Below are positions 22,799 to 36,631 of a DNA stretch of 64,000 nt, piece by piece (the first letter of the stretch is position 1; each line of letters begins with the position of its first letter). The notes beneath the pieces are model-generated. The model was not told the origin of the DNA and searched no databases. It worked only from the letters and a program-made list of their open reading frames with translations. Source of the DNA: Azolla caroliniana (Eukaryota; Plantae; Polypodiophyta); the NCBI GenBank assembly GCA_043228905.1, contig JBHGNT010000015.1:6634001-6698000 (forward strand), read 5' to 3'. Made by a program: the position numbers and the translations under genes.

Positions 22799-24025
22799 CT
22801 ATAGGGTGGCGACATTTTCTTATATTTCAAGATATGGTTTTTATTTGAAGATGGATGAGAAATTTTTAGCAAACAAGATTTTCAATAAAATTAAAAGAAA
22901 TGAGGTACATACATCATATTCTTTAATATCTAAATGAGAATGTATGTTAGATAGGATTACATAGACATGGGGTTTTGACATGCCCATCATGTGGTGAAAG
23001 CATGTAAGAGAGCTATAGGGTGGCGACCTTTTCTTATATTTCATGATATGGTTTTTATTTGAAGATGGATGAGAAATTTTTAGCAAACAAGATTTTCAAT
23101 AAAATTAAAAGAAATGAGGTACATACATCATATTCTTTAATATCTAAATGAGAATGTATGTTAGATAGGATTACATAGACATGGGGTTTTGACATGCCCA
23201 TCATGTGGTGAAAGCATGTAAGAGAGCTATAGGGTGGCGACCTTTTCTTATATTTCATGATATGGCTTTTATTTGAAGATGGATGAGAAATTTCTAGCAA
23301 ACAAGATTTTCAATAAAATTAAAAGAAATGAGGTACATACATCATATTCTTTAATATCTAAATGAGAATGTATGTTAGATAGGATTACGTAGACATGGGG
23401 TTTTGACATGCCCATCATGTGGTGAAAGCATGTAAGAGAGCTATAGGGTGGCGACCTTTTCTTATATTTCATGGTATGGTTTTTATTTGAAGATGGATGA
23501 GAAATTTCTAGCAAACAAGATTTTCAATAAAATTAAAAGAAATGAGGTACATACATCATATTCTTTAATATCTAAATGAGAATGTATGTTAGATAGGATT
23601 ACGTAGATATGGGGTTTTGACATGCCCATCATGTGGTGAAAGCATGTAAGAGAGCTATGGTGGAGATGTAAACTTCTATTTGAACCCACAGTTTTTATTT
23701 GGAAATGGATTGGAAATTTCTAGCAAACAAGAGTTCCAATAAAACCAAAGCAAATGAGGTATATCATATGCTAATATCTAAATGAGAATGGATGTTATGG
23801 AGAATTACTGGGAATGAGGTTTTAACAAGCCCATCATGTGGTGAAGGCGAGTAATAAAACTAGGGTGGAGATCTCGTCTCCTATTTCAAGCCGCAGATTT
23901 TATTTGGAGGTAGATTGGAAATTTTCAACAAACCCGAGAATGAGGTTTTAACAAGCCCATGATTAATTGAGTAAGAAAGTTAGGGTGGAGATTTCTTTTT
24001 CTATTTTGTGCCAAGGTTTTTATTT
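22799..24025. repeat. 214-bp tandem repeat: four near-identical units, then degenerate units
   Basis: CTATAGGGTGGCGAC at 22799, 23013, 23227 and 23441; diverged units begin at 23655, ~23860 and ~23980. Confidence 0.95.
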
Positions 24026-26907
24026 CACAAGAATGAAACGTTGACTATCTAGATTGACCCCAAAAAAGCTTGGTGGAAATATATCATTCGATAGCTTTAG
24101 TAAAGCTATCAAGAGTGGCAAATATACATTCACATCTACATCATCTTAGAGATCTTAGAGCATTTGGTAGTGGACTAGCAATCGGTAGTGCATAACGGAA
24201 AAGAAATATTGCTTGTAGTGGGTGTTTTTTATACAATGGTGTCGGAACATACTACATAGATTTATCACTTTCACATGTCTAGATCAATTTGCAAGTATGT
24301 ATTTATAGTGTGAGCATCCATGACAAGGAGGTCAAAAACCACATCCCATTGGTGTTTCCAAAGCCAAATTCGTCAGCTATTTCACCACACATAGAAGTTT
24401 TATTTTTAAGTTTTTAGGGTGTATGGTATACTTGGATGATGCAAAACATATTCATTTTCAATGCCCAAGTGGGAGGCGCGCAATGAGGAAACTAAGAGGT
24501 AATTTGTTGTGGCAGTTCATTATCATGTTATTGTCATGGCTTGGTCTATGATGTAAACAATGTGAGTGGATCATAGAGATGCGGAGGGGATCAATATAGT
24601 TAGTGGAGTGTTATGTAATTTTGCTCCATTAATACAAATTCAATTATTCAAAAAAAATAGTGGACCATCACTAATTTATTGAAGCTAGAGAGAATTGCTC
24701 ACCACAAACTTGATTTACCGTATGTATATGGCCTACTAAAAACATGGTACAAATAGGGGATAACGTCAATATTAAGAACAACAATGGGTATATCATTCAT
24801 ATCATGGTCTCTCTTTTTCTCTCTACTTCTAATTTTTTAAATTAGTTTACCCTAGTCATAAGCTGTTACATTACTAGCACTAGGTCTTGGGTTCAAAACG
24901 AATTTTCTCACCTCTCTATTGCTCCATACATATATCTCTCTCTATTTGAAGTATTATTGTTTTAAAAGTCCCTTAGAAAGGTTTCTTGTGAAACCTAAAA
25001 TTACAATATAAAGAGAAGTGTTAAAATCATAATAAATGACTGACACACCATATCATTACGCTTTGAAGCCATCAATGTAATCTCTCAATGACTTTCTTTT
25101 AAGAATAGTCATAATGTTAAAGTAGTATTTTGAGCAATGAAGAATGTTTTTCAGTTGCTTTAAAACATAACCTCATATCCACATATTGGCACAAATCAAC
25201 AATTAAAAATAACATTGAGGTAAATGTGCCGGCTCCTCTAGTTCAACTAATTTAAATTTGTTGACAAGTTCTAAAGTACATGACATAAGCTGGATGTAGT
25301 TATTTATAACAATTGTGTGGATTTGAAAGTACTTTTGTGCCATATATCTTTGTCATAGCTTTTCCATAAGTAATAGAACACCACCGATATGTAAGATTCT
25401 GAATTTATATTTGTGATTGGTTCTTGAGCTAGGGCAAAGACATTATCTTAAGAACACTAATCAAGATTTTCTCTATTATTGAATTTAATAGGAAAAATGT
25501 TTTTTTTCCTAAAAGAAAATGGTTTCATTAAATGCATATTAGGGGAACATCAATAGTGTAGATTGAACCTTCTTGAGAATGCACAAAAAAATAACACATC
25601 GCCTATATTAAGCCATTGTTACAACTTCATTGCTATGTTCGGCACATACATTTGGAACTTATATGCATAAAATAAATATGTCGAGTAGGCTCATCTAATT
25701 ATTGGTGTATTGTCCAACCATCAATAACAAAACATGCATGAACAACTACAAATAATTGCTACTAAAGGGGAATTAATGCATTTGTAGAAAAGGTCTCAAT
25801 ACATTGCTAGATTACAGCTTAGTGAGAATGCACAAATGAGAACACGTCATCTATTTAAGCCCCACCTACAACTTCATTGTCATGTTTGGCTCACTCATTT
25901 GAACCCAATACTCAAAAAATAAAGATACAACTACTAGGCTTGTCTACTTATTGGTAGATTTGTCGTACTATTAATTATGAGTCATACATGTGCAATTACA
26001 AATCGCAATAATTAGGGATGAATTAAGTTATATTCAATTTTTGTGCAAATTTGATCTCTCAACAAAATGTATGAAGTGTGAGGTATATGAGTTTAATATC
26101 AACTTGACAAGGCTTTTGTATTCAACAAGATTGTCGTACTAAATGTTCTACTTTTGTTTACCGTATATGTTTGATAAAAACTTCTTTAAGTTTTTATGTT
26201 TTAGGAAATGAGTCACTTAAGCTTAGCCTAAAAGAAAAATGTTTTTAATAATACAAATAAACTACTCCACTATTGTTGGGTGTACAAAGTCATCAAAAGA
26301 CTACAATAGCTTTCTAAGTACATTGCAATCCCCTCAAATAATTAAAAGCTTGTATCGCAAAACGACACAAAATCACTATATTGAACAAGAAGTTAATCTT
26401 GGGGAATGTGGGCAATTCCTATAGTGCCAAGTCATTTGAGATGCCTTGACTCAAACATAATTTTTTTCCAAAGGAAACGAACATCATGTTTGTAATGTAT
26501 AGATACATTTAAATTGTAGAGTAGGTAAACTCGGTGGTGGCCTTCTCATAACCTTGAAGACAACATGATTTTCCAATTCACTTGGTTAAATCATACACAA
26601 TCTTGTATGACTTACCTAACATGTGATGGTAGAAACACATTACATTGACTTTTTTATACATGTAAAACCTTAGAAAACCAATATAGCTCGTATATCGCCA
26701 ACATTACATGGCTTGAATATAAATGTCAATGAGGTATCAAATATGATCAATGCAATGGGGCCAAGCCCATAGCCACGATAAGAATTTTTAATTATCATCC
26801 TTGAAGGTCAAATTGAACAAATTGGACAAAAATGAAACATTTTCACATAGAATGCGGAAGTCATTGTTGACTTTCAATGTTAAAGAATTGAGGGTGAGTA
26901 GTTAGGA

Positions 26908-27640
26908 GAAAGAAAGAAAGAAAGAAAGATATATTAACGTCTTCTAAGGCCAAATTTGGCCCATGAGACAATTGGTTTACAACAAAATGAGTATTTATCC
27001 AGTCATCATAACTAAAATAAAATAAAGTAAATATAGAACTTAAGCTAAAAGAGTTCTAGTAGTGTACAATACATGGTATACTCGATAAAGGAAGTGACTT
27101 GACGCTAATCCTAATTTTATTTCCACCCAAGCTTCTCGAAAAGAAGTGGGGGGTCAAAGGGTTTTGATGTGGGTGTGACCCGTGGTTCCAATGTAGAGAG
27201 TGCCCTAGCCATGGCGTCTAGGCGGTGTAGCTCACATTCCTTTATTTTCATTATTGCTTCCACACCACGTCGAGTTGCTTTGAAACCCGGCACTCGAGGA
27301 CGTCTGGTTCTTCTTTGGTTTTCTGCCTCATCAAGGGAAAGGCCGAGTGCTGCAAGTGTGTCGACATTTGTTGGCTCCCCCTGTTCCTGAAAAACTTTAT
27401 TTGTTACATGTTGGTGCACATTAGCAACATTATTGTCAACATTTTGTAACTTATTCTCTGTGTGTTGTTTTAGCTCTAGAATGTTGGAGAGAAATGTTTG
27501 TAGGATTCCATGTACTCCGCATCCCTCTTGATGCGTTATGTAGAAGTAAGGGCATGCATGTGGTGTATACCTTGACTTGAAATATGACTCCAAAGGCTTT
27601 TGGACAATTTCAAATTCTTTCCTCGTGGACATATAGATGC
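26908..27640 (-). mobile_element. 3' fragment of a LINE related to the RTEX-like family
   Basis: (GAAA)n followed by ATATTAACGTCTT...GGCCAAATTTGGCC mirrors the terminus at 7348-7400. An upstream ORF remnant lies at 27117-27632. Confidence 0.6.
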
Positions 27641-29589
27641 TAGCATTCCATGCTTTAACTCCGGAAAGAAATTAATGTCACTAAAGTATGAGATAATACC
27701 ATCCCACCCTCAAATGTATAGTAAGCCTGCTTTCTAACTCATATTATTGCCATCTATGAGTGGAGGAGACCTCAACTCAGGGGCATTTAAAGCTCTCTAT
27801 AGTGTGAAGTTGCATATTAGTATCTACAATGCATGGTATACGAATAGCGCCTAGTCCAAGGTATTTGAAAATTTTTATTGTCATAAATGGTTTAAGGATC
27901 ATCTATTGTTAGATGTGAAAAAATTTGCTTTAGAATTCCTAATCATGGTCATTAAAAAAAACATTGTTTTCTAGCTTCTAGACGTACATCGAACATCTCT
28001 TGCAAGATAAATTAAAATTTTCATTGTGTACAATTTAAGAAACACATAGGTCATACTCACCAATAGAGCAAATAATGAAAAGTGAAAATTTAAAAGTTGT
28101 TAGAATAATTTCTCAACTATAACCTAAAACATCAAATAGCGTATGAAAACAAAACTCCAATGAGTTGGTTCCGAAGTATCTTAAATAAGGAGCTTTTCAA
28201 AGGCGACAAACGTATATGATTTCATTGTTTATATCCAGAAGTGTCTTGTGCTAAAAATAGTTTCCCATCTCCATCTCTCTTTATGTCTGAAAGTTTATCT
28301 CTAAACCCAAAACCGAAGGATTGTCAATCGTAGGGATTTTGATTGATGTGTACACAAAAATAATTTATAGTTGTTTAACGTCAAGGTGTTTGTTTTCTAT
28401 TATTTCATGTGCCTAAAGGAGAAGGCATTTGACAAGATATTTGGTAACTATTAAATGTTTTAAAAGTTGACTCTTAACTAAATATCAATGTTCGTAGACG
28501 TATATTACAATTGCACCTATAAACACCTCTGTATGATTACGACCTAAAACCAGTTGCAACATTGTATAAAATATCAATCCAATTACTCACATACTAAAAC
28601 TATCTCGTGCCTTATCAAACGAAAGGCCAACCAATACAACTCAAACCTTTTTGTACGAAGTGTTTTGATCAAATTTCAAGCGGTTCTAATTAATGATTGG
28701 TGTTCTCAACAATGTTTAAGAATGCATTTATTGTGTTTCCACTTGAAAAATAATATGCTTTCACATACATATGTAAACTTATTGTGCCTTCATGAAGGCA
28801 AAATATAATTATTTAATCTCTCGTACGGATTTCTTTCTATAAACATAAAGAGATATTACAATCCATTAGAGAAGCTAACTATTATTGACATCCTCTTGCC
28901 TCTCTTTTAAGGCCAATTTATAAACCCGCTAAGAGATTACACTAAATTAACAACGTAAGTTTCTTGTAGTTTATAACATTATATAAAATTTCCTTCAATC
29001 ATAAGGTTTTATAATATGGAGTCAACTCCACCGACCCCATTAATACATGCCTGAATCCATTTAATATTGCATGTGTCGGAGTGATATGTTCACAATCAAT
29101 ACTAGGAGAAAAACTAGTTCTCAAAGGTGATATCTTGCAACTATGACTAAAAATGGGTTACCACGGAATTTTTGTATCTTGCAACTACAAATCCATGTGG
29201 AGGACAAAGCATCATTGCAATTTGTTGTGTCTTGAAGTCATGCCACATCAAGCTTGCACCCGTGGTGAGAGTACTCAATAAAATCACTACCTTTTTATAC
29301 GAGGTCCTTTTGAATTTACCAAGCATTAATTAGACCTAAGCAAACCAAGTGGATTATAAGGTGCAAAACTGCATTGTTTATTTAAGGAAATTAAGCTTTA
29401 ATGTGTCAATTTTCCATTGAATAGTGATGAGATTTCGTGATGGTGCACGTTATTTCCTCTCTCTCTCTCTCTCTCTCTTGGTGAAAACACATAATTATAT
29501 TAATAAATGTGTGTGAAAAACACTACTTACAATGGGCGTGACAATGGAGTATGGTCACCCACTAACTACATGGGTCGTAGAACATGTTG

Positions 29590-30061
29590 AATTGCCAATA
29601 GGCAAGACGAACACTCCACTGAGGAAAGAATTTCCACTTGCTCCAATAAAGAAAATTGCCACATTAGTACTCTAACTTTTGTAGATATGCTTTCACTCCA
29701 TGTCTACCATCAAATACAAAAACGTTGCGCACGTCCCAATTATAACGCAACCCCCAATATCTCAGAAATAAGAAAACGATCTCCATCTTTGATTTTGGGT
29801 CAACCCGGTGTAAATTATGCAAACAACCACTGTCTAAGTGTCAAATAACACTGTGACAAAACTTACCAAATTTGATAAGCAATCGGACATTGTATAAATC
29901 AATGAGTACTATCTTCCATTTGAACAATGCAAAAGAAGCAATTACCCGTTGCTAGTCCACGATACTTTAGAGCTAATCCCAAAAGCAATCTTCCAATCAA
30001 AACTCTCCAAATGAAGACCTTTGCTACAAGTGGCAATTTAGAATGCCAACTACGTTGTAAG

Positions 30062-30062
<1 letters not shown>
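29590..30062 (-). mobile_element. L1-clade LINE fragment (zf-RVT region) abutting a (CT)n microsatellite
   Basis: KVFIWRVLIGRL...CFFC...EDSTH motif. Confidence 0.7.
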
Positions 30063-30116
<54 letters not shown>

Positions 30117-31912
30117 CTTGGATTTCTCTTACAATGAGATGCACTCTCAATTTTAGTACTCATTTGTAAAATTCCTGAATATAAAAAACTAGTAGTCAAC
30201 GCCACATACTAACTCAAAATGTTTTGCATGGATCACTGGGGAGGATAATAAAATATACTTCTTGTTTTATCTTGATCCATGAACTCATATTGAAGAAGCC
30301 TCCACATGTAGGCAAACTAGCAGTGCTCAAATACATAATACATATTAGGACATTGCTTATCCTTGAAATAGAATGTAACGCAATGTGATAAAATATCTTC
30401 CCCTAAACTCAGTCATTGCACAAATTTCTTACATAGTCACAATGTGTAGTCTCGATTGCAACATTCTTTGGTAAAGTTACTGATTGAACTACTCACTTTG
30501 ACGTGTATTATGTGAAAATAGTATATTTTTTGCTCACATATATCATATTTGACCTCTGAAGACCATAATAAAATTATATTCCATGTGAGATATGTTATTG
30601 GAGCACGAGTGAACAGACTCATTGACTATTCTTGTTTTTCCCTACACAAGTAGCGGAATTAGAGTATCACTCTTTGATGCAACGAGTTGCATTTGATCAC
30701 ATTTGAGTTTGCTTTCCACACATTTTCCATTCAATCCACTCTGTACACATTCTTTTCACAATCACATTGTGGACTTGCAAATCTAACATTCATTATGAAA
30801 ATTCTTAAATAACAACGCTACTCAATTCCACACCTATAATGTAAAAATGATTTCATTTGGTCCCATTGATCATATTTGACCTTCAAGAACACATTCACTT
30901 AAGGAGAAATTAAGTGTTGAGTCCTCAAGAACTACTTCTTTGACACTTTAGTGATTCAGGTCTTCTCTATGAGGTGGTAGCCTCCCTAAGTTCACTTTAA
31001 AAGAGTTTGAAAATATCAAAAAACATTGAAAATACATGAAGCAAAAAGATCCAAAAGACACATTAATAGAAAATCTGTGTTTCAGTTGAATACAAATGTA
31101 TTGAATCCCATCTTCGCAATATGGGATGCAATACACTTGCTTCGTGTTGCATCTAATGATTCCTGTGTAAATGACGCCTTTTTGCAATGTCAATGTATCA
31201 AAAGATGGGGAAAATGTGGAGGCTCACACATCAAACATTATACTACATATTTAGCACCTAACTACAAGATATGCTCTTTGCCAAATGGGAAAACCATACA
31301 TATCAATACATTTAAGATCCCACCTCATTGTTTGTGATTTGAAACATTACTTCCATGTGACTTAGCGCACACTCACTATGATGTGAGACAAGGTGTTCAA
31401 CAAAAATGATGAGAGTAATCGACTATGCACTCTTTGCCTTAAAGAAGCTTGGTAATTCTTTGAGCACAAATCATTGTTGTTAAAAAACGCGTATTTTATA
31501 GATAGAGTACGTTTTAGAATACCCACACGTATTCTAAACATATTAAACCTTTTGGACTTGTCATTTTTTCTAAGGCTAAATTTGTAAATAATTTAAAAAT
31601 TATTTTTCTAGGGTATTTTTTACTAGAGAAAAAGAAAATAATTGGGGGTTTTTGTAAGAATTTCCTATGTTTTGCAGACACTAGGCTTTTCAGCAGGATA
31701 TGGAAGCTATCTACAAGAAATCCGAACTCTGAAGCTTCCAACAACCTAGGTTTTTACGCAGGTATTATGGTATATGAACTAATATTGCTTCTTGAATCTT
31801 GATTATATTATATTATTATACAGAATACAGTAAACTCTAGCTTTCAATTTTAGTGTTAATTAATCTTACACAGTGCACACATAGAGAGATAAAACAGAGT
31901 TTTATTTTTGGT

Positions 31913-32604
31913 CTAATTTGACCAAAATTTCATAAAATTTGAAAGCAATTTCGATTATAAATAAACTATATACAATAGATACATTTTTAATCTTTGATGA
32001 CTATTCATATTGGCATGAAATAAACATCAAATTGAGCTTAATCTAGCCCTTTTAATGGCTAGTTATGATTGAATAACCAACCATTAAAAGGCCTCCCGAT
32101 TTGGAGAAGAAAGAAGAGGGAGATGAGGAATGCCTCATCATTGGAGAATGTCTTTTGTGTGAGATGGAGAGGGGTAGAGTAGAGGGATGGGGTCCGGGGA
32201 AGAGCTAAAGCTCAGCTCTCGACAATGGGCGGCCATTATCTCATTCTTAATCTTGTGCTAATTTGACCGGAATTTCATAAAATTTCAAAGCAATTTTAAT
32301 CATAAATAGACTATATACAATAGATACATTTTCAATCCTTGATGACCATTCACATTGACATGGAATAGACATCAAATTGAGCTTAATCTAGGCCTTTTAA
32401 TGGTTGGTTAATTCAATCATAACCAGCCATTAAAAGGCCTCCTGATTTGGAGAAGAAAGAAGAGGGAGATGAGTCTTGAGAAAAACCTCATCATTGGAGA
32501 ATGTGTTCAATGTGAGATGGAGAGGCATAGAGCGGAGGGATGGGGAAGAGCTAAAGCTCAGCTCTTGACAACAGGCGGCAATTATCTCATTCTTTATCTT
32601 GTGC
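31913..32604. repeat. 345-bp tandem duplication inside the hAT element
   Basis: CTAATTTGACC begins both units (31913 and 32258) and the units are colinear throughout. Confidence 0.9.
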
Positions 32605-32787
32605 CTTCCTTTGGCCACGCAAGAAAGAAAGGAAGAGAAGAAGTGAGCATTTACAATACAATACACACACACACACACACACACATGTATATGTATTGTA
32701 TTGTATGTATGTGTGTATGTACATGTGTGTGTGCGTGTTTGTATTGTATTGTATACATGTATGATTCATGATGCATACAATTGTGAC

Positions 32788-33377
32788 CATAGTTCTAGCC
32801 ATATGTCCCATTCGTGTCATACTCAAACGCCAATATTCGTATCATACTCATACGTGAAAAGGCTCCAAGTATGATTGAAATCCATACGCGGTACATAGAT
32901 ATATTATATATACATATGGTGTATATGGTGTACATAGTGTGTGTGTGTGTGAGGGGGAGAGAGAGAGAGAGAGAGAGAGAGAGCGTGTGTGATCTAGAGA
33001 GAGAAGCCCTGTTTTGCATGTGTGAGGAGACAGTGATTGAGTGTATATCTAGACTCTAGAGAGAGAGAGAGAGAGAGGAGCTATGGGTTTTGTCTGTGTG
33101 AGGGAGTATGTAATATGTATATTAGATATCTAGATTTTGTAGAGAGAGAAAATCTGTCAGTTCTCGTGTGAGAGAGAGAGAGAGAGAGTGTGTGTGTGTA
33201 TGTGTGTCAGATGTCACTTCTATTCACAAAATATTATGAATATCAAAAATTAAAAAAACCAAAAAAAAGTAAAAAAGAAAGAAAGAAGCCAAACGAATAT
33301 CGCGTATCATACGCGTACGTTTGCAAACGTTCGCGTACGTCCAGTAAATTGGACGTACGCGAATATTAGGAACTATG
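32788..33377. mobile_element. hAT-type MITE nested in the larger hAT element
   Basis: 8-bp TSD ATTGTGAC (32780-32787, 33378-33385), TIR CATAGTTC/GAACTATG, perfect 14-bp subterminal hairpin at 33330-33363. Confidence 0.85.
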
Positions 33378-35477
33378 ATTGTGACACTCTTTACATCTAT
33401 TTCCTAGTCATGATATCTCACTAAATTTTCACTATCACTCTTGAGATTTTGGAACAAGTATTTTGGAATTTATAATAGACTATAGTGGATGAAGGATTGG
33501 TGGAATCAAGTTCTAACACTATTAAAAAGGGTCGTGGATATGTTCATAGTCATGCTTGTGCAAGAGTTGCAAGTACAAGAAGGATAATTACTCGACAAAC
33601 TACAACCGAGGCTTGCAATGCTGAATTTGGTAATCATGATGGAGATAAAGAGGATGAAGACATTGACAATGCCATAGTTGATTCATCTTCTGATAGTGAT
33701 TATGTGGACAACTATGATGATACAACAACGGAATCTTCTAATGATGATTTAGAAGAAGAAATATAATCGAAAATTGCATGGAGATATGTATTGTTGGTTT
33801 TAACTTTTACATATCTATTCTAATTTTGATTCAAAGTTCAAAGTTTAAACTTCAAAGTTCAATTTTGGTTCAATTTTGATATGTGTTTTGGTTCAAACTT
33901 CAAACTTCAATTGTGTTCTCGAATCTCAAATCTCTAGTGTCCACTTTCATTTAAAAATATGTAAATCACGTGTATAATGTATTAATGTATTGAAACATAG
34001 ATAACCGTTTATCTAAATTACAAGTATATAGTATTCAAATTACAAGTATCTTTGCAAATTGGTTTTTAAGTATTTGATGTTTTTAACGTATTCAAAACGT
34101 ACTCAACGAACTCAACGTATTTTACCTTTAAATACGTATTCTAAGAACTTATAAATTATTTTTAGAATACTTATAAAATACGTAGCATTAGTATTGTATG
34201 CGTACGGTATGCTACGTATGTTACAACCATGGCACAAATGATGAGGGTAATCGACTATGCAGTCTTTGCCTTAAAGAAGCTTGGTAATTGTTTGAGCACA
34301 AATGATGAGAGTAATCGATTATGCACTCTTTGCCTTAAAGAAGCTTACTAATTTGAGTATCACACTTTGATACAATGCTTTACTTTAGATCATATCTCAC
34401 TATGTTTTCCTCACATCTTCAACCCAACACAATCCTTGCATTAATTTCTCTCACATTTATAGTCTACACTCTTGAATTGCAACATTCATTAGTAAAGTTT
34501 TTGACCATCAGGAGTTTCTATTGTTGTCAACCTAAAACATGGGGGTCTCGAAACGATTTGAAAACACGGTTGGGACAAGAGATATCAAGCCAAAACTATT
34601 ATAAATTATCATTAACACTTAATCGTGATTACAAGAAGGTTTTATTACAAGCTAATTGGAGCTAACTAAGATTAAGGAGAGGGAGAGGAGAGAATGTGTA
34701 AATTAGGAAATCGAGGAATGAACCAAAATGAATAGGCCAAGGGGGTGGTTGTTGGGCTACCCAAGTCATTATGCCAAGAGGTGGCTCTTAGGCTCCCTTG
34801 GTGTTAGGCCAAGACTGGCCATTGAGGCTAGCATTTCGACTAGTCGTGGAGCAGTCCCAAGTGGGACTACCCATTGGGATTGCGTTGTCCCAACCCAACG
34901 TGGCATTGGTGTTGGGACTGGGACCGAGTCCCTTCTTGGGTTCAAACTTTGGTTGGGACTAGCAGCTACTCCCAACCCAAACCCTGCTTGGGTTATGCTC
35001 ATGCCACCAACCCTTTCAAGAGTCATATGAAATTTGAGATCATGGTCATAGAAAGGGTTGTTGAGTACATGCTTAAGGCCTAAAAGACCATCATATTGAC
35101 TCTTAAAATTTCATATGAAACAAGAAAAAAGATCCAAAAACTACATAAAAGCAAGAATTTATGGTTCAATTTCATAGAGTATATAGAAACTAGTTTGGAA
35201 GATGGAATGATCATCATATTGACTTTCTAAAATTTCGTGTGAAGCAATCCAAAGGATCGAAAAAGTACATAAAAGAAATTTGTTATATTTCGATTGGATA
35301 GAATATAAAAAATGGTTTGACAATGGAATGCAATATAGTTTCTCTATAATTTATTGAGAGATTCTTCTATGAATTATGCCTTTTCAAATTGTGCTTGACT
35401 ATGCCTTTTCAAATTATGCCTTCAGGAGTGAAGTATCACAACTTGATGCAATGTTATTCCTATGATCATATTTGACT

Positions 35478-35513
<36 letters not shown>

Positions 35514-35520
<7 letters not shown>

Positions 35521-36255
35521 ATAAACTCAACACTCATAGGTCATATTTGACCTCCGAAAACGATAATATAATCTATCTATCTATCTCTCTACCTATAAAC
35601 TCAACACTCATAGGTCATATTTGACCTCCGACTCATAATCTCTCTACCTATAAACTCAACACTCATAGGTCATATTTGACCTCCGACTCATAATCTCTCT
35701 ACCTATAAACTCAACACTCATAGGTCATATTTGACCTCCGACTCATAATCTCTCTACCTATAAACTCAACACTCATAGGTCATATTTGACCTCCGACTCA
35801 TAGGTCATATTTGACCTCCGAAGACGATAATATAATCTGTCTATCTATCTCTCTACCTATAAACTCAACACTCATAGGTCATATTTGACCTCCGACTCAT
35901 AGGTCATATTTGACCTCCGACTCATAGGTCATATTTGACCTCCGACTCATAGGTCATATTTGACCTCCGAAGACGATAATATAATCTGTCTATCTATCTC
36001 TCTACCTATAAACTCAACACTCATAGGTCATATTTGACCTCTAAAGACAATAATATAATCTATCTATCTATCTCTCTACCTATAAACTCAACACTCATAG
36101 GTCATATTTGACCTCCGAAGACAATAATATAATCTATCTATCTATCTATCTCTCTACCTATAAACTCAACACTCATAGGTCATATTTGACCTCCGAAGAC
36201 GATAATATAATCTATCTATCTATCTATCTATCTCTCTACCTCTAAACTCAACACC
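35514..36255. repeat. Hierarchical tandem array (25-, 55- and 74-82-bp units) containing 13 AGGTCATATTTGACCT palindromes
   Basis: Counted directly from the sequence. Confidence 0.95.
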
Positions 36256-36631
36256 TTTGCAAAGGTCAATATAAATCACATCATAGTACTAAGTAACTTT
36301 GCAAAATGTTATTCTCCACAAATTTATAAACATCGAACAATAATAAATTCCATTAGAGATAGTTTCATATGGTTACAAAGAAAGGTCTTATATATCATTT
36401 CATGAAATGATTTTCCCTTCAATCAAAGGCTTTGCTTATATAGGCTCAAGTCAACCAACCCCAAGGAGTTTTGCAAAGGAACAATAATGCACGCCATACT
36501 TCATCTAATTGAATAGAAGAGTTTTGTTGGAAGAACCAATTAATCACATGGTGGTACATTTGCGAAATTTGAAACCCTTGAGCTAGCTTGATTAGAAAGA
36601 CAAATAATAGTTGTTTTTATTAAGAGTATGT

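Larger units (their letters stand above)
31472..34231. mobile_element. Non-autonomous hAT-type DNA transposon
   Basis: 8-bp TSD GCACAAAT (31464-31471, 34232-34239), imperfect TIRs CATTGTTGTTA / CATGGTTGTAA, CGTA-rich subterminal motifs, and an acidic ORF remnant at 33485-33766. Inserted in a ~62-bp tandem repeat. Confidence 0.8.

Noticed and set aside
22841-23689. Four similar 68-81-aa ORFs on the minus strand
   Set aside because: By-products of the 214-bp tandem repeat, with no recognisable motifs.
34522-35085. Solo LTR in the intergenic region (similar case at ~14565-14979)
   Set aside because: Composition is LTR-like, but I could not find matching TG...CA ends with a TSD.
35514-36255. 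CRISPR-like array, or nuclear-receptor response elements
   Set aside because: The spacers are repeats of each other rather than unique, there are no cas genes, and the context is a plant nucleus. Plants lack nuclear receptors, so the AGGTCA half-site match is treated as coincidental.
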